From the NCBI RefSeq assembly GCF_000315625.1, contig NW_005434670.1, forward strand, positions 1,132,258 to 1,196,257: 64,000 nucleotides of DNA, in the 5' to 3' direction. The notes beneath the pieces are model-generated. The model was not told the origin of the DNA, did not search any database, and saw only the letters and a program-made list of their open reading frames with translations. Source of the DNA: Guillardia theta CCMP2712 (taxonomy: Eukaryota; Protista; Cryptophyta). Below, piece after piece: positions 25,501 to 37,648 of this stretch. Both the position numbers and the translations under genes were made by a program. Position 1 is the stretch's first letter. Each line of letters opens with the position of its first letter.

Positions 25501-28500
25501 GTATCATGATTGATTCAAACCTCGTGCAAAAACAGGACAGAAACATGACAGCGGAGCGGCGGTACTCCATCTTTGTTTTGGCACACGATGGCTTCGAGAT
25601 GAAGACGTACAAGGGTTCAAGCTTGAGTCCAATTAGACTTGTTCACAACCTCGATGGCACCGAAGGAGTCTTTCCCTTCTCTAGCATCATCAATGGCAAG
25701 ACCATTCTAAGTGAAGTTCCAATCATCAACCAAGTGTCAATCGGCTGCAGGAAACAAGGGAACACGACTACAGGATGTACGAATGCTGACATAGCTGAAG
25801 TCCTCCTATACGATACCATGTTGACTGCAGAAGATTTGGATCGAGTCGCAGGATATCTCAGTCGCAAGTATGACCTGGATTGGCAGTTCTCGACTGGCCC
25901 GACCATCTTGTCAGTATCGCCGACAAATGGCCCGACGACCGGCGGATCATATGTAACTTCATCACAACCTAGTGGTCGCCCTGACAATTCCTTCAGGTCA
26001 CAATCTCCGGCGCAGCCTTTGGGAATAAGGAATCTAACATCCGAGTCACGTTTGCACAGAAGAACGCGACCCTCATAGGATTCTCAACCTACGAGAGAAT
26101 GGTAAGGACTGACCTCCATCGCTGCAACAATGACGTTGGTGGCACAGGTGAATTACAACACACAGATAATCGTCACCAGTCCTCCTGGAGTAGGTTTCGT
26201 GCAGATCCGGATCCACGTGTTCGGTGTTCCGACATTCCTCGACAACGCTTGGCGGTACGACGCCCCTGAGATCCTTCAGCTCCAGCCGTCCACCGCGCCG
26301 GCCTCGGGAGGGACTTTCGTGTCTCTCATCGGGACAAACTTTGGAGAAGTCCATGTAATGATGTGCATGTTTTTCTGTTCTGATGGATCTGATGGAAGTT
26401 TCAGGACAATGCTGTTGTGGTGGTAGAGTCAAAGAAAGGAAGAAAAGAATGCGATCAAACGGTTTACATCTCAAACACACTGCTCCTGTGCAAAGTGCCT
26501 GCCAGTACTTTCGAGTCTGCGAATGTCATCATTGCAGTGGGGCAGCAGAAGAGCAATGCAGCGGATGTGCTCTACTACGGCATCCCGTCAATCTTCGATT
26601 GTTGGCCACAAACGCTTGATTGCATGGACTGCTGCGAGCAGCGGTGTACTTGGGAACAGGTGAGGGAGCAGACGGCCAACGGTCTTACAAGCTACGAGTG
26701 CAGAAAGACATGCAGTTTCCACTGTTCGACAGTATTTGTCAAGGCGACAGAGCCGTTGAAGGTGTATGTCAAGCTGAGCACTCTCAAGTCTTCTGGCTTT
26801 GTGATTGCCTGGGAACCTCCTTTGGACGACGGCGGCAGGTGAGACGAGTTGCGGGTGAGAGCGCGAGTCACTTATGAATGCCGCAGCACCATCCTCTATT
26901 ACTCCATCTCCTTTGTCATCAACGGAAAGGAGCACATCGGCAGGACCATCGCCCAAGAGACAAGCTACGAGTTCCGTGGGCTCCCGTCCGAGACTTCGAT
27001 CGACAATATTCTCGTCCGAACGGTAACTAAGTTTGGCTTCGGAAGTCCCAGCAAGCCCCCAGCCAGCGCCAAGACTCTTTATGCGACGCCGCCGTCGCAA
27101 CCACTCGCTTTCAGGGTCGAGCAACAAAACTGTTACAGCGTTCAGATCGCTTGGGATGTTCCGGTAGATCTCGGTGGAAGGTAAGCTGCATGCGTACTTT
27201 GTCCTTTGTGACATGATTTGGACAGGCCACTCGAAGGGTACGATTTGAAATGGCGTGTAAGGGGTAAGCTTTCCTCGGCAACGCTCAGTGGTACCAACAG
27301 AACATACACCATAGAGAAAGTCAACAGTCCAACTATTGATCTGATATCTCTGAGCAGCTTCAACGATGTTGGTACCAGTGAGCCTGCGACAGTGAGGAAT
27401 CTCTCCCTGCCTTGCTCAAGTTTCCCCGTGATATCAGACATCAACAATGTGGTTGTTGGTGCTGGGGAAGTTTCAGAAGAAATTTCTTTCGTAATTAACG
27501 ATCTTGAAACTTCTCCTATGTATCTGAAAGTGATCGGCAAATCTTTGAATGAGAGCTATCTGTCTTCGTCGAATATCATCATCGGTGGACTCGGAAAGGA
27601 CAGGAATGTGAAGATTTTGTGTGAACGGGGATGGGAGGGATATGTTGTGGTCAAGATCACAGTCATTGATGAAGACGGCATGTATTCCTTCACATTCTTT
27701 CAAGTACGAATCAGGCAGAGCGTCTTCTGCATCAGTCCTTCCGAGGGCTTTGCTCAAGGAGGTTCGACTGTCACGGTCTTGGGAGCTGGCTTCAGCGCCT
27801 TGTCGTCTTACAGCTGCTACTTCCAGTGCAGCCTAACAGGCCGATGCACGTCCTCAGCAACATTTCAGAATTCCTATCAGATCACTTGCAATGTGCCGCC
27901 AAGTCAAGGTTCGGCGTTGTCGTCAGCCGTCGATGTTTACGTAGACGGTCAACTTGTAAAACCTTCATCGTTCGCAACGTCAATCCAGTCGCTTCAAACT
28001 TGCAGTCAGGTATGAGCCCACGTACTGCCAAGAGATGTTGACATTGTGTGCAGGCGTCGATGACATTCCGATACGTCGAGGCCTGGGCAAGCGCATCTTA
28101 CAGCAGCACTGAGAATCTTCTGCTCGTGACGGGAGGCGGGTTTGAAGTTGGCGGGGAATACACTTGTGTGTTCACATCGGAACGAGAGGTAAGGGTTTGC
28201 GCAGGAGTCCTACTGAACTTCTAACCACATTGCAGGCCACTACATTCCTGTCCTCACCTGCTGCCTGTCTATCGGACCAGCTGATATCTTGTGAGTTGCT
28301 CACGTTGGGATCCGCCATGGCAACGGGCAGGGCTGCCTTCACTCTCAGACACGCGTCCGTCCTCGTTCCTAAGGTCGGAGGGCAGGTGGAGTACATCTCA
28401 GTCCCGCAGTCATGGGCCCTACTCTATCCCTCCAGCGGTCCATCGCGAGGAGGGACGCAAATAGTGGTGGAGGGGGATGGATTTGACTCCTTTGCGGTAG

Positions 28501-29681
28501 ACGCGAGCTACCGCTGCTCCTTCCGTGACCCAGGAGGAAACGTTGCCTTCTCCCCCGTCGTCCCCGCTCTATCTCCCAACACCATCCGATGCGTTAGCCC
28601 GGACTGGGGTCGCCACAATATAGCTGGACGCACAACCATGTCGGTGGAGGATACCAAGAGAGGAGTGACGGTAGCGTACAAGGGGCTGAGCGGGCAGAAT
28701 ACTTTTGTCTTCTCCTCCTCCTGGACTGACGTCGCAAGCTCGTTGGTTGCGGCAGCGAATGGTCAAGTCATCTTCACCGCCTCGGGTCTCAACACCTCAG
28801 ACTTGTACCGCTGCATCTTGTCCCTCAACTCCTCCAGATACTCCTCGGCCTGGAAGGTGCCGCCAACCGTCTCCACCTTCGCATGCGACATCGTCAACTT
28901 CGGCGATTTCTATCCGGCACAGTCAGCCACCGTTGAGCTCCAAGGCGACGTCACCGGCGTGGTGGCCTTCCAAGGACAAGAGGCTTCTCGTACTGTGAGG
29001 ATGATTGAGGCCTGGGTCTCCATCTCTCCCGGTCAGGTGCTGGCAGGTCAAAGTTTCGAGCTCACGTTCAGAGCTTCCAGCTTGCTCAGCAACGTCGTGT
29101 ATGAGTGCGTCTTGACGTACAGGAGCAGCTCAGGCTACTGGTCGTCGCTCTACACCCCCATCGAGTGGGAGGACCAGTCCAACCTCATCCTCAACCAGCA
29201 CTCCAGCAGCTCCTGTGTAGTCGCTTCGCTCACGGCTGTGACCTGCTCCTTCTCCTCCTGGCCTCGCGATTTCCCAGCTCGCGTCACCTCTGTCGTGCTC
29301 AAGACAGCCTCCTATCAGGTCATGTACACCGGCAAGCTCGGCGGCGACAGTTTGAACATCAAGGCAGTCTGGAATCAGTTCTACCCCTCCATGTCAGGCT
29401 TCCTCGGGGGTGCTCAGGTGACTGTCAGTGGGTTCGGCTTTGACCCTTCAACCGTCTACTTCTGCCGGGTGGACGGCAAGTCGTCCTACAAGACGTCCAT
29501 CGCGGCTCGGCCCCTCAACTCCACCATGCTCATCTGCAAGTCTCCTGCTTGGATGGAGGCCGTCGCACTTGCGCAGCAGGTGGATGGTAAGGCAACACTG
29601 TACGCGAACTTCTCCGTCTTGTCCGCATCCCTGGAGACGCTGGAAAGCTCGAGCGCGTCGAAGAGCTTCATGTATCAGTAG
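7555..29681 (+). CDS. Giant secreted Ser/Thr-rich repeat protein (about 7,000 aa): signal peptide, 3 x ~150-aa repeats, tens of ~89-aa IPT/TIG-like repeats, pentraxin/LamG-like domain, second LamG-like domain, FN3, Ig-like and further IPT/TIG domains; +2 frameshift at about 9980-9995
   Basis: Signal peptide MSRSILLLFLIQLCTHSCFG. ORF 7555-10038 continues into ORF 9357-22028 after two extra G in G-runs. Repeat consensus N.PSTGS..ITI.G..FG..S..R.G.TACE.S.W.S.TS..C. Pentraxin-like TIEFW..GQWNHFAFTWES..IGQDQ..FSGGISQLRIWD (about 20080-20700). LWLRAD..DIAEVLLYDTML (about 25010-25880). FN3-like WEPPLDDGG and WDVPVDLGG (about 26750-27400). ORFs from 21910 to 29681 are linked by short GT-AG introns, the first being 21694-21747. 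Confidence 0.8.
9421..10128 (+). repeat. Three near-identical G-rich copies of one coding repeat unit (period 267 and 269 bp)
   Basis: TGGACGTACGGGGGCGGGGAGACG.. begins at 9469, 9736 and 10005; copies are identical over about 120-165 bp. Confidence 0.9.
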
Positions 29682-29750
29682 CTCGTCAGATGTGGAGTGG
29701 AACTTTGGATGTTGTTTATCTATAAAGTCACAAACAAGAACAACTTGCTT

Positions 29751-30159
29751 CTACCACTTGAGCAGGTAGCTGTATCCCTGCATGAGAGGATGTGCGAAGT
29801 AAGCAGCGACGGTTCCAACAGTGATAGCGACGTAGGGGGCGCGAAGGAACCTGCCATGTGGATAAGCTCCCTCCCTCTCCTCCCTCCCTCCCTCCCTCTC
29901 CTCCCTCCCTCCCTCCCCTCCCTCCCTCCCTCCCTCCCTCCCTCCCTCCCTCCCTCCCCTCCCTCCCCTCCCTCCCTTCCCCTCCCACTCTTCTCCCTTC
30001 CTCACCCTCCCTCCCACTCACTCTTTGTAGTAATCTTCAGGCAGAGTTTGCCTTCCCTCGGCTATGGCTGCAAACGGCAGAACGCTTGTCCTGGATTTTA
30101 CAGCCTCGAAGGCCTACCAGCCATGTTAACACAGACGAAACAGGACGGGAAGCAGGAGA

Positions 30160-30225
<66 letters not shown>

Positions 30226-31333
30226 TGACTTACCTCCCCGTACTTGTTCGCAAGTCGCTGATCGCCGTGCCAGCAACCGAAGAGGTGATGGACCATGAGG
30301 CCGAAGGACGTGGCCAGCATGAAGCTGTTGCCGATCCAGAGCGTGTGCGCCATGCACCTTCACGAATTGATGTCAGAAACTAATGAGGGAGAGAGGGAGG
30401 GAGGGGAGCGGAGGAAAAGGGAGAAAGGGGAGGGGAGAAAGGAGAGGAGAGGGAGGGGAGGAGGGAAGGGGAGGGGGGGGAGGGGAGAAGGGGAGAGAGG
30501 GAATGGAGGGCAAGGAGCTACCACATCAGTTGTCCGACCATCTGCGGGTGTCTAGTGATTCGCATGATTCCTGTCTCCCACATGTGAAACTTGGGCTTGT
30601 CCACAGCAGCGATCTCGAGCAGGTTGAAGGTGGAGGGGTAGAGGAACCAGAAGCTCACAAAGTTCACTACCCAGCACATGGCGTGCACCGCGTCTGAGGA
30701 TCGCACGTCCCACAGCTGTACGCCATCATATCGATGGTTGATGAAGAACACGATGCAGGAGACGGCAAGCGGCAAGCTGACCACCCCGAAGAGGACTCGC
30801 CAAACGCGCTCCCCTACTCCCTCCTGCTCCAACAAACTGTTGATGGCCGCCTCAGCTTTCGGCCTCAACGACGCGAGACCGCTGTGGGCGACACCAAAGA
30901 CGGAGAGGAGGAGGAGCATGGTTGCTGTGCTGTTGTCACTGCAGATGGAAGACAAGAGCCTGATGAAATCATCTCCGAACCCAGTTTGCGGGTCAATCCA
31001 CAGGAACCACAACGCTCCCATAACGACAGTGAAGACTCCAACGAACTTGGCCCACGAAGCGATTGACTGGGCACTCAAGTCGAAGGCTCCCGAGTCTTCT
31101 CCTCTCAGCTCTGCCTGCATGTCCTGTGGCAGCTGCATATTCCAACCTGCTAGCCTCGACCTCGGGCGACGAGCCGAGGGGGCATGAGAGGAAGAGAAGG
31201 CTCTGAGCTGGCCGCTCCTCGAGGAGCATCCGAGCTTCGAGGAAGCAGACAAGGACATGAAGGACGTGCCATGCGCCGGTGTGAACGACTGGACATGCCC
31301 CGCTGCCGCCGCGAGCAGAACCCACTTGAGCAT
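29751..31333 (-). CDS. Z-ISO: 15-cis-zeta-carotene isomerase (NnrU family), plastid-targeted; 4 exons
   Basis: [66 protein letters not shown], spliced to [48 protein letters not shown] and [14 protein letters not shown]. Leader [17 protein letters not shown] followed by a Ser/Arg-rich transit peptide. Confidence 0.92.
29868..30510. repeat. Intronic microsatellites of Z-ISO: (CCCT)n, (CAGGAG)n and a GA-rich tract
   Basis: Directly visible simple repeats within the three introns. Confidence 0.9.
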
Positions 31334-31754
31334 GGCGGCCCCCGGGATCTGTTTACTGAAGAGGACGGCCCGCCTCGGTTTCGGTCGATGGTTCCGACAG
31401 CGTGCTGGATGGTGCAGGCGCATGCGCTGATAGCGAGTTCAGGTCAGGAGACTGAAGGACAGGAGGAGGAGAGAGAAGAGACCTGAAGAGGGAGGGAGGG
31501 AGGGAGGGAGGGAGGGAGGGAGGGAGGGAGGGAGGGAGGGAGGAGCGATGGAGAAGGAAGGAGGGAGAGGGAGAGATGTGAGGATGGGAATGCACTACAA
31601 GAAAGAGTTGGTCAGACTTGACAACGTAGACCTGACCAGTCCATGCGCTGCAACATTTTGCATTGAACTCACTTGACTTGTAGGTCTTTATAGCTCTACT
31701 GTCAGACCTGTCAGACCTGTCAGACCAGCAGGAGGATCCAGGCTCCATCTGTCC

Positions 31755-33541
31755 ATGTCCTCAACCATCGATGCTCAGATCTTTGACAACGGCATGGCTG
31801 AGATCGTTCTCAATCGCCCTCAAGCGTTGAATGCCGCAGACAGCTCAATGACGCAGCACATGCACGCCAAGTTGAAGCAGTGGGGCGAAGAGTCTCGGAT
31901 CAAGGCATGTGTCCTCCGCAGCTCGTCTGACAGAGCCTTTTGCTCTGGCGGAGACGTGAAAGCTCTCGCGCTGGCCCTGCAGGAGGAAGAGGAGACGAGG
32001 CTGGCGCACGAGGCCCTGGGGAACGAGTACAAGCTTATCCACGAGGTGTCGAGCATGAAGATCCCTACCGTCTCCATCATGAACGGTTCCTCTCCCTCAA
32101 CGGCTGCCGTGTAGGATTGACGTTGGTAGGGGTGACGATGGGCTTCGGCATTGGGCTGGGCTGCGCGTGTCGTTACCGAGTCGTGACTGAGAAGACAATC
32201 ATGGCCATGCCGGAGAATGGTGAGGGAGAGAGAGGGGGATGAGGAGGGAGAGAGAGAGGGACGAGGAGGGAGAGAGAGAGGGACGAGGAGGGAGAGAGAG
32301 AGGGATGAGGAGGGCGAGAGAGGGGTATGAGGAGGGAGAGAGAGAGGGACGAGGAAGGAGAGAGAGGGACGAGGAAGGAGAGAGAGGGGTATGAGGAGGG
32401 AGAGAGAGAGGGATGAGGAGGGAGATAAGTGGAGGAGCGAGAGAGGGAGAGAGCGGGAGGACGTTTGGAGAATTGATAGACCGTAGGGATTGGCCTCTTT
32501 CCTGATGTTGGATTCGCTTGGCTGATGAGGAACCGTCCTGCTCACGGTCTTTATTTTGCGCTGACGGGGGCGAGAATTCACGCAAGGGACGACTCGTGCG
32601 GTAGGGAAAGTTTGATCAGCGTGGGTGCGAGAGTTGCTGTTTGTGATCCATGAAGCAGGAACGATGATCGATCTTGGGTTGGGAACACATTTTGTATCCA
32701 CCGAGAAGGTGTGCGGTTGAAGCTGTTTGCGATGTTTGAGGGATGTGCCAGCTCCAAGATCTGATCGAAGACCTTGAGAACGTGGACTTGTCGAGCAACC
32801 AAGACGTTCGAATCGAGGGTGCTGAACAGCGAGCATGACAACGGAAATGACGAGGTCTGCAGAGTGTTTGAACAAGTACGCAGAGACGGGTGGGAGAGCT
32901 TCCAAGGGAAGACACAGGTAAGGACTGGTGGCTGTTTCCTGTGCAAGGCTAAGACTGATGGACTTGCAGTGGAATCATTGAGAAATTGTTTGATTACAAA
33001 CAATACGACAACGTGCAAGATATCTTCGCTGCATTGGAACAAGTCAGCAGTACTGCCGTTGTCAACCACAGCTAAGGATGTAAGCAGGAGATTGATCGAT
33101 CGGGCGATGAAGCTACCTCAGCCTTTCTGAGAGAAACTCTTTCCTGCATGCAGGTGCCGCAACTGACCTGTCTTGTTCCCGACCGTGATTTCACGTGTGT
33201 AGGCAGCATGTCCGTTTTCCCTCGCATCAACTCTCGCGCACTTCAAATCTGTCTTCCAACAACAATCTGTTGACCAACAGCTGAAGCTCACAGACCTCAA
33301 GTCTGTTCTGATGCAGGAGTACAGACTAGCCACCCGCCTTGCGTACAGAGGCGACTTCCTCGAAGGAGTTTCCTCAAAGTTGATTCGCAAAGACAACAAG
33401 TCAGCCTGGAACCCTCAGACTCTCAACGACGTCAAGGTGTGATGTTCTGTGTGCATGCGCAACCTGAATGTATGACCCCTCCTTCAGCCTTCAGAGGTTG
33501 CCGAGAACTTTCAACCTCTTGCATCCGAGCTCGTCTTTTAA
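31755..33541 (+). CDS. HIBCH: 3-hydroxyisobutyryl-CoA hydrolase-like protein (crotonase superfamily), multi-exon; start may lie further 5'
   Basis: [81 protein letters not shown]. Confidence 0.85.
32220..32460. repeat. Intronic purine-rich ~22-bp minisatellite (GAGGAGGGAGAGAGAGAGGGAC-like) in HIBCH
   Basis: About ten imperfect tandem copies are visible. Confidence 0.85.
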
Positions 33542-33600
33542 AAAGTTTTGAATTCTCTGCTTCGTTTGTCCCGTATTTTCAAACTTGGTCTTGCTCTTCA

Positions 33601-35481
33601 TCAACGGACAGAAATTGCCTTCCCTGACGGAACAGAAGCCAACTCGATCAGTTCTTGCGAGATCGAGTTGTCCATTTGCTTGGACTTGGACGATACAAAG
33701 AACAAACCCATTCCCTCGATGAACACGAACGTCCCCACCTCCAAACGCTTGAACTCACTTTCACCCCATCCTCTCATGCGCGTCTCCTCCTCCTCCGTCT
33801 TACTCGCACTTGATCTGCGCATTCTCCGAAAAATAAAATCCAACTCGACCAGCTGGTCGTCGCCATTCGCTGAGTCTTGTGGGCAGCCTCGTACCCACAA
33901 GAAATCTTTCAATTCATGATCTAAGTATTCCTCAAACGAGAAATCCATCAGGGCTCTGACTTGCGACTCGTCGTCGTAATCCATCCGAACAACTTTAAAA
34001 ACACCCCAGTCCTTGAGATAGACATAATCTTCTTCTTTCATGGACTCTATGTCGAACTCGTTCATCCACATCATCCGGGGTCGCACGAGCTGCTTCGTCC
34101 CTCCCGTCTCGTTCATCGAGGTAAGAGGAACAGGTTCAGACAACGGAAGGGAGTAAGGGATGACCTCATCATAGTTCCTCACTATCACAACCCCATGCGC
34201 TTCCTGCCGGATTGCTCTCAGCTTTGGGATCCTCTTTGTGAGATAATCAAAGTTTGGTTTCCACAAATCGCTCTCGTCGAACAGCAACTGGGAATGTGAC
34301 GTGTCAGCTTTCAGATACATATGCGATGCGAAACACTTGAAACCCTCAGCGCACATCCCACGATCCAAAAGTTCGAAGACGTCAAAAGAAAGACTTGCTG
34401 ACGAATATTTGGATCGATACACAAAGGGCAGCACTGGAAAGAAGATTGGTTTGCTCGAACAATCGGCCCTGGTTTGGTTCTCCTGTGCTTGGGTACCATT
34501 CAACCCCCTCACGACGCTCATCAGTTGCTGATAGACAACATCAAAGGAAGCTTCACGATCTGAGCAGAGAACACGAAAAGTTCCCATCATCAGGTCAATC
34601 GCCGACAGCGCAAGCAGAGGCATCGCCTCGACTACCGATCCCCAACTCCTCCCGCCCTGTTTCATCAACACCTTGGGGTCCGAACATTCCCCATCGGTGC
34701 TCCGAAACCTGAGCGCCTGACAACAGCTCGATCTCTCGCTCACGAAACGCTGGAAGCGACTGCCTGCATCAGACTCCTGGCACGCTCGGTCGGTGCATTC
34801 GAGGTATGCGATCCCCTGTTCCACCGCAGATTCACACAACTTCACACAGACCTCATGGAAGTCGTCCATGTCGCACACACGATCTGGCGGGCAGTTCAGC
34901 CGCGAGCAAGCCGCAGTGATCCTGTTTAACTTCTCGCGTTTCGCACCTTTCTCTGATGAATCCCCGACATTGCAGACTAGGACGAATTCACCGCCATCTC
35001 TTCTGCTGATATGACTGGCAAACATAATTTTGCTGGCATCCTGCAGCCCTATTCCACCATGAGCATCGATATAAACACGGGTGACAGGATTGCTCTCAAG
35101 GAAGAGACTGTCGTAAAGGTCACTTAGCTCACAGTTTCCTCTGCGAGCTATCACTCTCCATGCCTTTTCCACCTTCTCTTCTACGCTGTCCTCGCGCGTT
35201 TCCAACTGCTTGAACACGTTCTTGACCATGTCCGTTTGTAACTTCTTCAGATCAGGATCGTTACCTCCCAGCAGACTCAAGCCGTCAGCTCCGAGCAGGT
35301 TCAAGCCATCAGCGATGGCGAGCGGGGAGTGAGCGGACGCGCCGGCAGTCGCAAGGCTTGACAAGAACAAGACGAGGGCACAGGGCATGACTGAGAGGAA
35401 ACCACCAGAGGAGCACATGTCCTTCACACCATGGTGCTCTTCTTCCCTCCTCTCGTATCGGCGATGCCTGCTTGTCGCCAT
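33601..35481 (-). CDS. Degenerate glutamyl/glutaminyl-tRNA synthetase-like protein lacking HIGH and KMSKS-type motifs, with hydrophobic N-terminal leader; intronless
   Basis: Collinear by-eye similarity to eukaryotic cytosolic GluRS: PVTRVYIDAHGGIGLQDASK (vs VRFPPEASGYLHIGHAK), GIAYLECT, CQALRFR..CSDPKV, PLLALSAIDLMMGTFRVL, LLDRGMCAEGFKCF, LWKPN..IPKLRAI, VYLKDWGVFKV, GESEFKRLEVGTFVFIEGMGLFFV. First ATG is at 35481; the ORF is open from 35592. Confidence 0.65.
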   Translation of the reverse strand: MATSRHRRYERREEEHHGVKDMCSSGGFLSVMPCALVLFLSSLATAGASAHSPLAIADGLNLLGADGLSLLGGNDPDLKKLQTDMVKNVFKQLETREDSVEEKVEKAWRVIARRGNCELSDLYDSLFLESNPVTRVYIDAHGGIGLQDASKIMFASHISRRDGGEFVLVCNVGDSSEKGAKREKLNRITAACSRLNCPPDRVCDMDDFHEVCVKLCESAVEQGIAYLECTDRACQESDAGSRFQRFVSERSSCCQALRFRSTDGECSDPKVLMKQGGRSWGSVVEAMPLLALSAIDLMMGTFRVLCSDREASFDVVYQQLMSVVRGLNGTQAQENQTRADCSSKPIFFPVLPFVYRSKYSSASLSFDVFELLDRGMCAEGFKCFASHMYLKADTSHSQLLFDESDLWKPNFDYLTKRIPKLRAIRQEAHGVVIVRNYDEVIPYSLPLSEPVPLTSMNETGGTKQLVRPRMMWMNEFDIESMKEEDYVYLKDWGVFKVVRMDYDDESQVRALMDFSFEEYLDHELKDFLWVRGCPQDSANGDDQLVELDFIFRRMRRSSASKTEEEETRMRGWGESEFKRLEVGTFVFIEGMGLFFVSSKSKQMDNSISQELIELASVPSGKAISVR

Positions 35482-35757
35482 TGATGCGGCCCGCCGGCAG
35501 TGCCCGGCCGCCCGGCCGCAGTGCCACCGCCCGGCGGACTCCGACCGGACTCGGCCCGGCCTGGAACTTGGGAAACGTGTCAACGTAGTCACTCTACTGT
35601 GAACTGTGAACCGGGCGGCCGCCGAGGCTCGGAGGCAGAACCCACGCTGCTTGGCAGGCGAGTAAATTGATCACAAGATTCATCATAAAGTGGTTCAGGC
35701 GGTGTAATGGTTTACTAAGTTATTCCCTTCATACCATACATGTCACTGCGGAAGTGG

Positions 35758-37648
35758 TCAATTGTCACGATCAGCCTGCTGGAGATTCTTGGTGCCAGCG
35801 GGCGTCTGCCCTAGGAGGATCTTCTCGAACATCATCGCAAGCTCGTGCTCTCCCATGAACACATTCTGCCTCCGACCGTCGCTTGAAAAAAAACTCTTAG
35901 CCATGCCAAGACGAGCACGACGTGCCTTACCTTCCTTCCGCCCAGCCATGATCACTGAAGTCAAACTGCTGATTCATGGATGGCTGCAAGATGCAGTCTT
36001 CACTCGTTGGTGCCATACCATCGAACAGACTCGTCTTCTTCAGGCCGTTCACAACCGCGTCCAGTTGGCTTGGATGAGAGGGCATGTTTCCTTCCTTGAT
36101 GTAGAGCTTTGCCAACTTCATGCAGGTCCGTTCGCTTGGAAAAATTCCTTCATCACGAGCTTCTCGTACAAGCTGCATCGCATCTTCTGTTGACTTGCAG
36201 GTGTTGAGCATGACCTGTACAAGGATCAGACGACCCCATAAAACTATTCTGGGAGATGCTCACATTGTAGTGAATTATATTCACTTTCTGAATCTTGCGA
36301 AGTCGGTTGAATAACTCCCACGCTCGACGCTCGGCATCATTTCCTTCCTGCAGAAATCCACATAAGAGGAGGGCAAGATCATCGAATGCGACGTACCTTG
36401 ACCATTTCCAACAGCATGTCCGTCAGTACTCGATTGGTGTAGTCTTCTGGTAAGCCTTGAACTCCTCCACTCTCCATAAGGTTCCTCAATTCGTCAAGAA
36501 CCTGAGGAAGCACTTGTTAGCTGTAACAAGGAACTTGATCAACCTTACTTTCTCAGCCTCGTCCACTCTTGCATCTCTCAGGTATATCTTGTAGAGCTTT
36601 TGGTAGGTCACTTCGCTCGGGTGGATGTTTGATTCGTGCATCTTCTCCATGAGCTGCTCAGCTGCCCAGCTGTCCCCGCAGGCATTAAGCATGACAGAAA
36701 ACTGATAGACATCGGCTTTCTTCTGTCTACAAAGGCGTTCAAAAAACTGCCATGCTCTAGCCCTGCCATTTTCTCCATCTCTGAGCATTTCAACGAGAAT
36801 CCTCGTCAACATGGGAGAAGTAGCATTCAACACGTCTTCATCGCTCATTTCCATTGCAATCTTAGCATTGAACATTGACTTGTTCTGCTCATGATTGGCA
36901 TGCTTTGGCTGGGAGTAATTGTTGCGCCCTTGTCGTGGCAACTCCTGCGCTCCATTCATGTATGCTTGAGGGTGTTCCATGGCGGGATGTAAAGGCACTG
37001 GTATCATCATCATCGCGGGAGGCATGGCAGCGTTTATGAGCATTCCGTTGGACATGGCAATCATGTTGTTCATCGCCGGAACTTGAGGTGGCGGAAGCAA
37101 TCCCATAGGATTCGGCATTGATTGTAACATTTCGGTAGCGACCATGGTCTGTTAAGAGTATCATGACTACGAAATGAACGATCGAAAAAGAGAAGGAAAT
37201 CTACAAATACCTGCGGAGATGCCATCATAGTTCTATAATCTCCACCCATATACATTGACTTCATTGCATTCTGCTCAAACATTTGCGGAAAATATGGATA
37301 TGGTATATACACACAGCCTGCATTTTCAACTCGACTATCAGTCTTTTTGAATGTCACAAAATGAATACCTTGATTCATGCCTTGTGCTTCTACAGCCTCT
37401 AAACCTCTGCTCGGTGCCTGATCAGCTGGCCTTTGCTTGTTTTTCTTAGATCTATTTTGCCTAGACTTTCCTCTGTTGACATGATTCGGATTTTGATGAT
37501 GGTTACCGTTCAAATCGTTCTGAGAAGAATTACGCCGCCCCTCTTTGCCCTTTCTTGGATCCTCATTATTAGCTGCTTGGCGTCTTGCTTGCCTAGCCCT
37601 CCACACATTCTCTGGAGTTTCCAAATTTTCGTCACGACGCTGAGCCAT
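35758..37648 (-). CDS. PPR-like repeat protein with low-complexity N/Q/M/P-rich N-terminus, multi-exon
   Basis: Two blocks of helical repeats: AWQFFERL..ADVYQFSVMLNAC..AAEQLMEKMHESNIHPSEVTYQKLYKIY and AWELFNRL..HYNVMLNTC..AMQLVREARDEGIFPSERTCMKL. Confidence 0.75.

Noticed and set aside
29697-30697. ORFs with EQEQ, GAGA, poly-L and PPSL runs
   Set aside because: They are translations of intronic microsatellites of Z-ISO.
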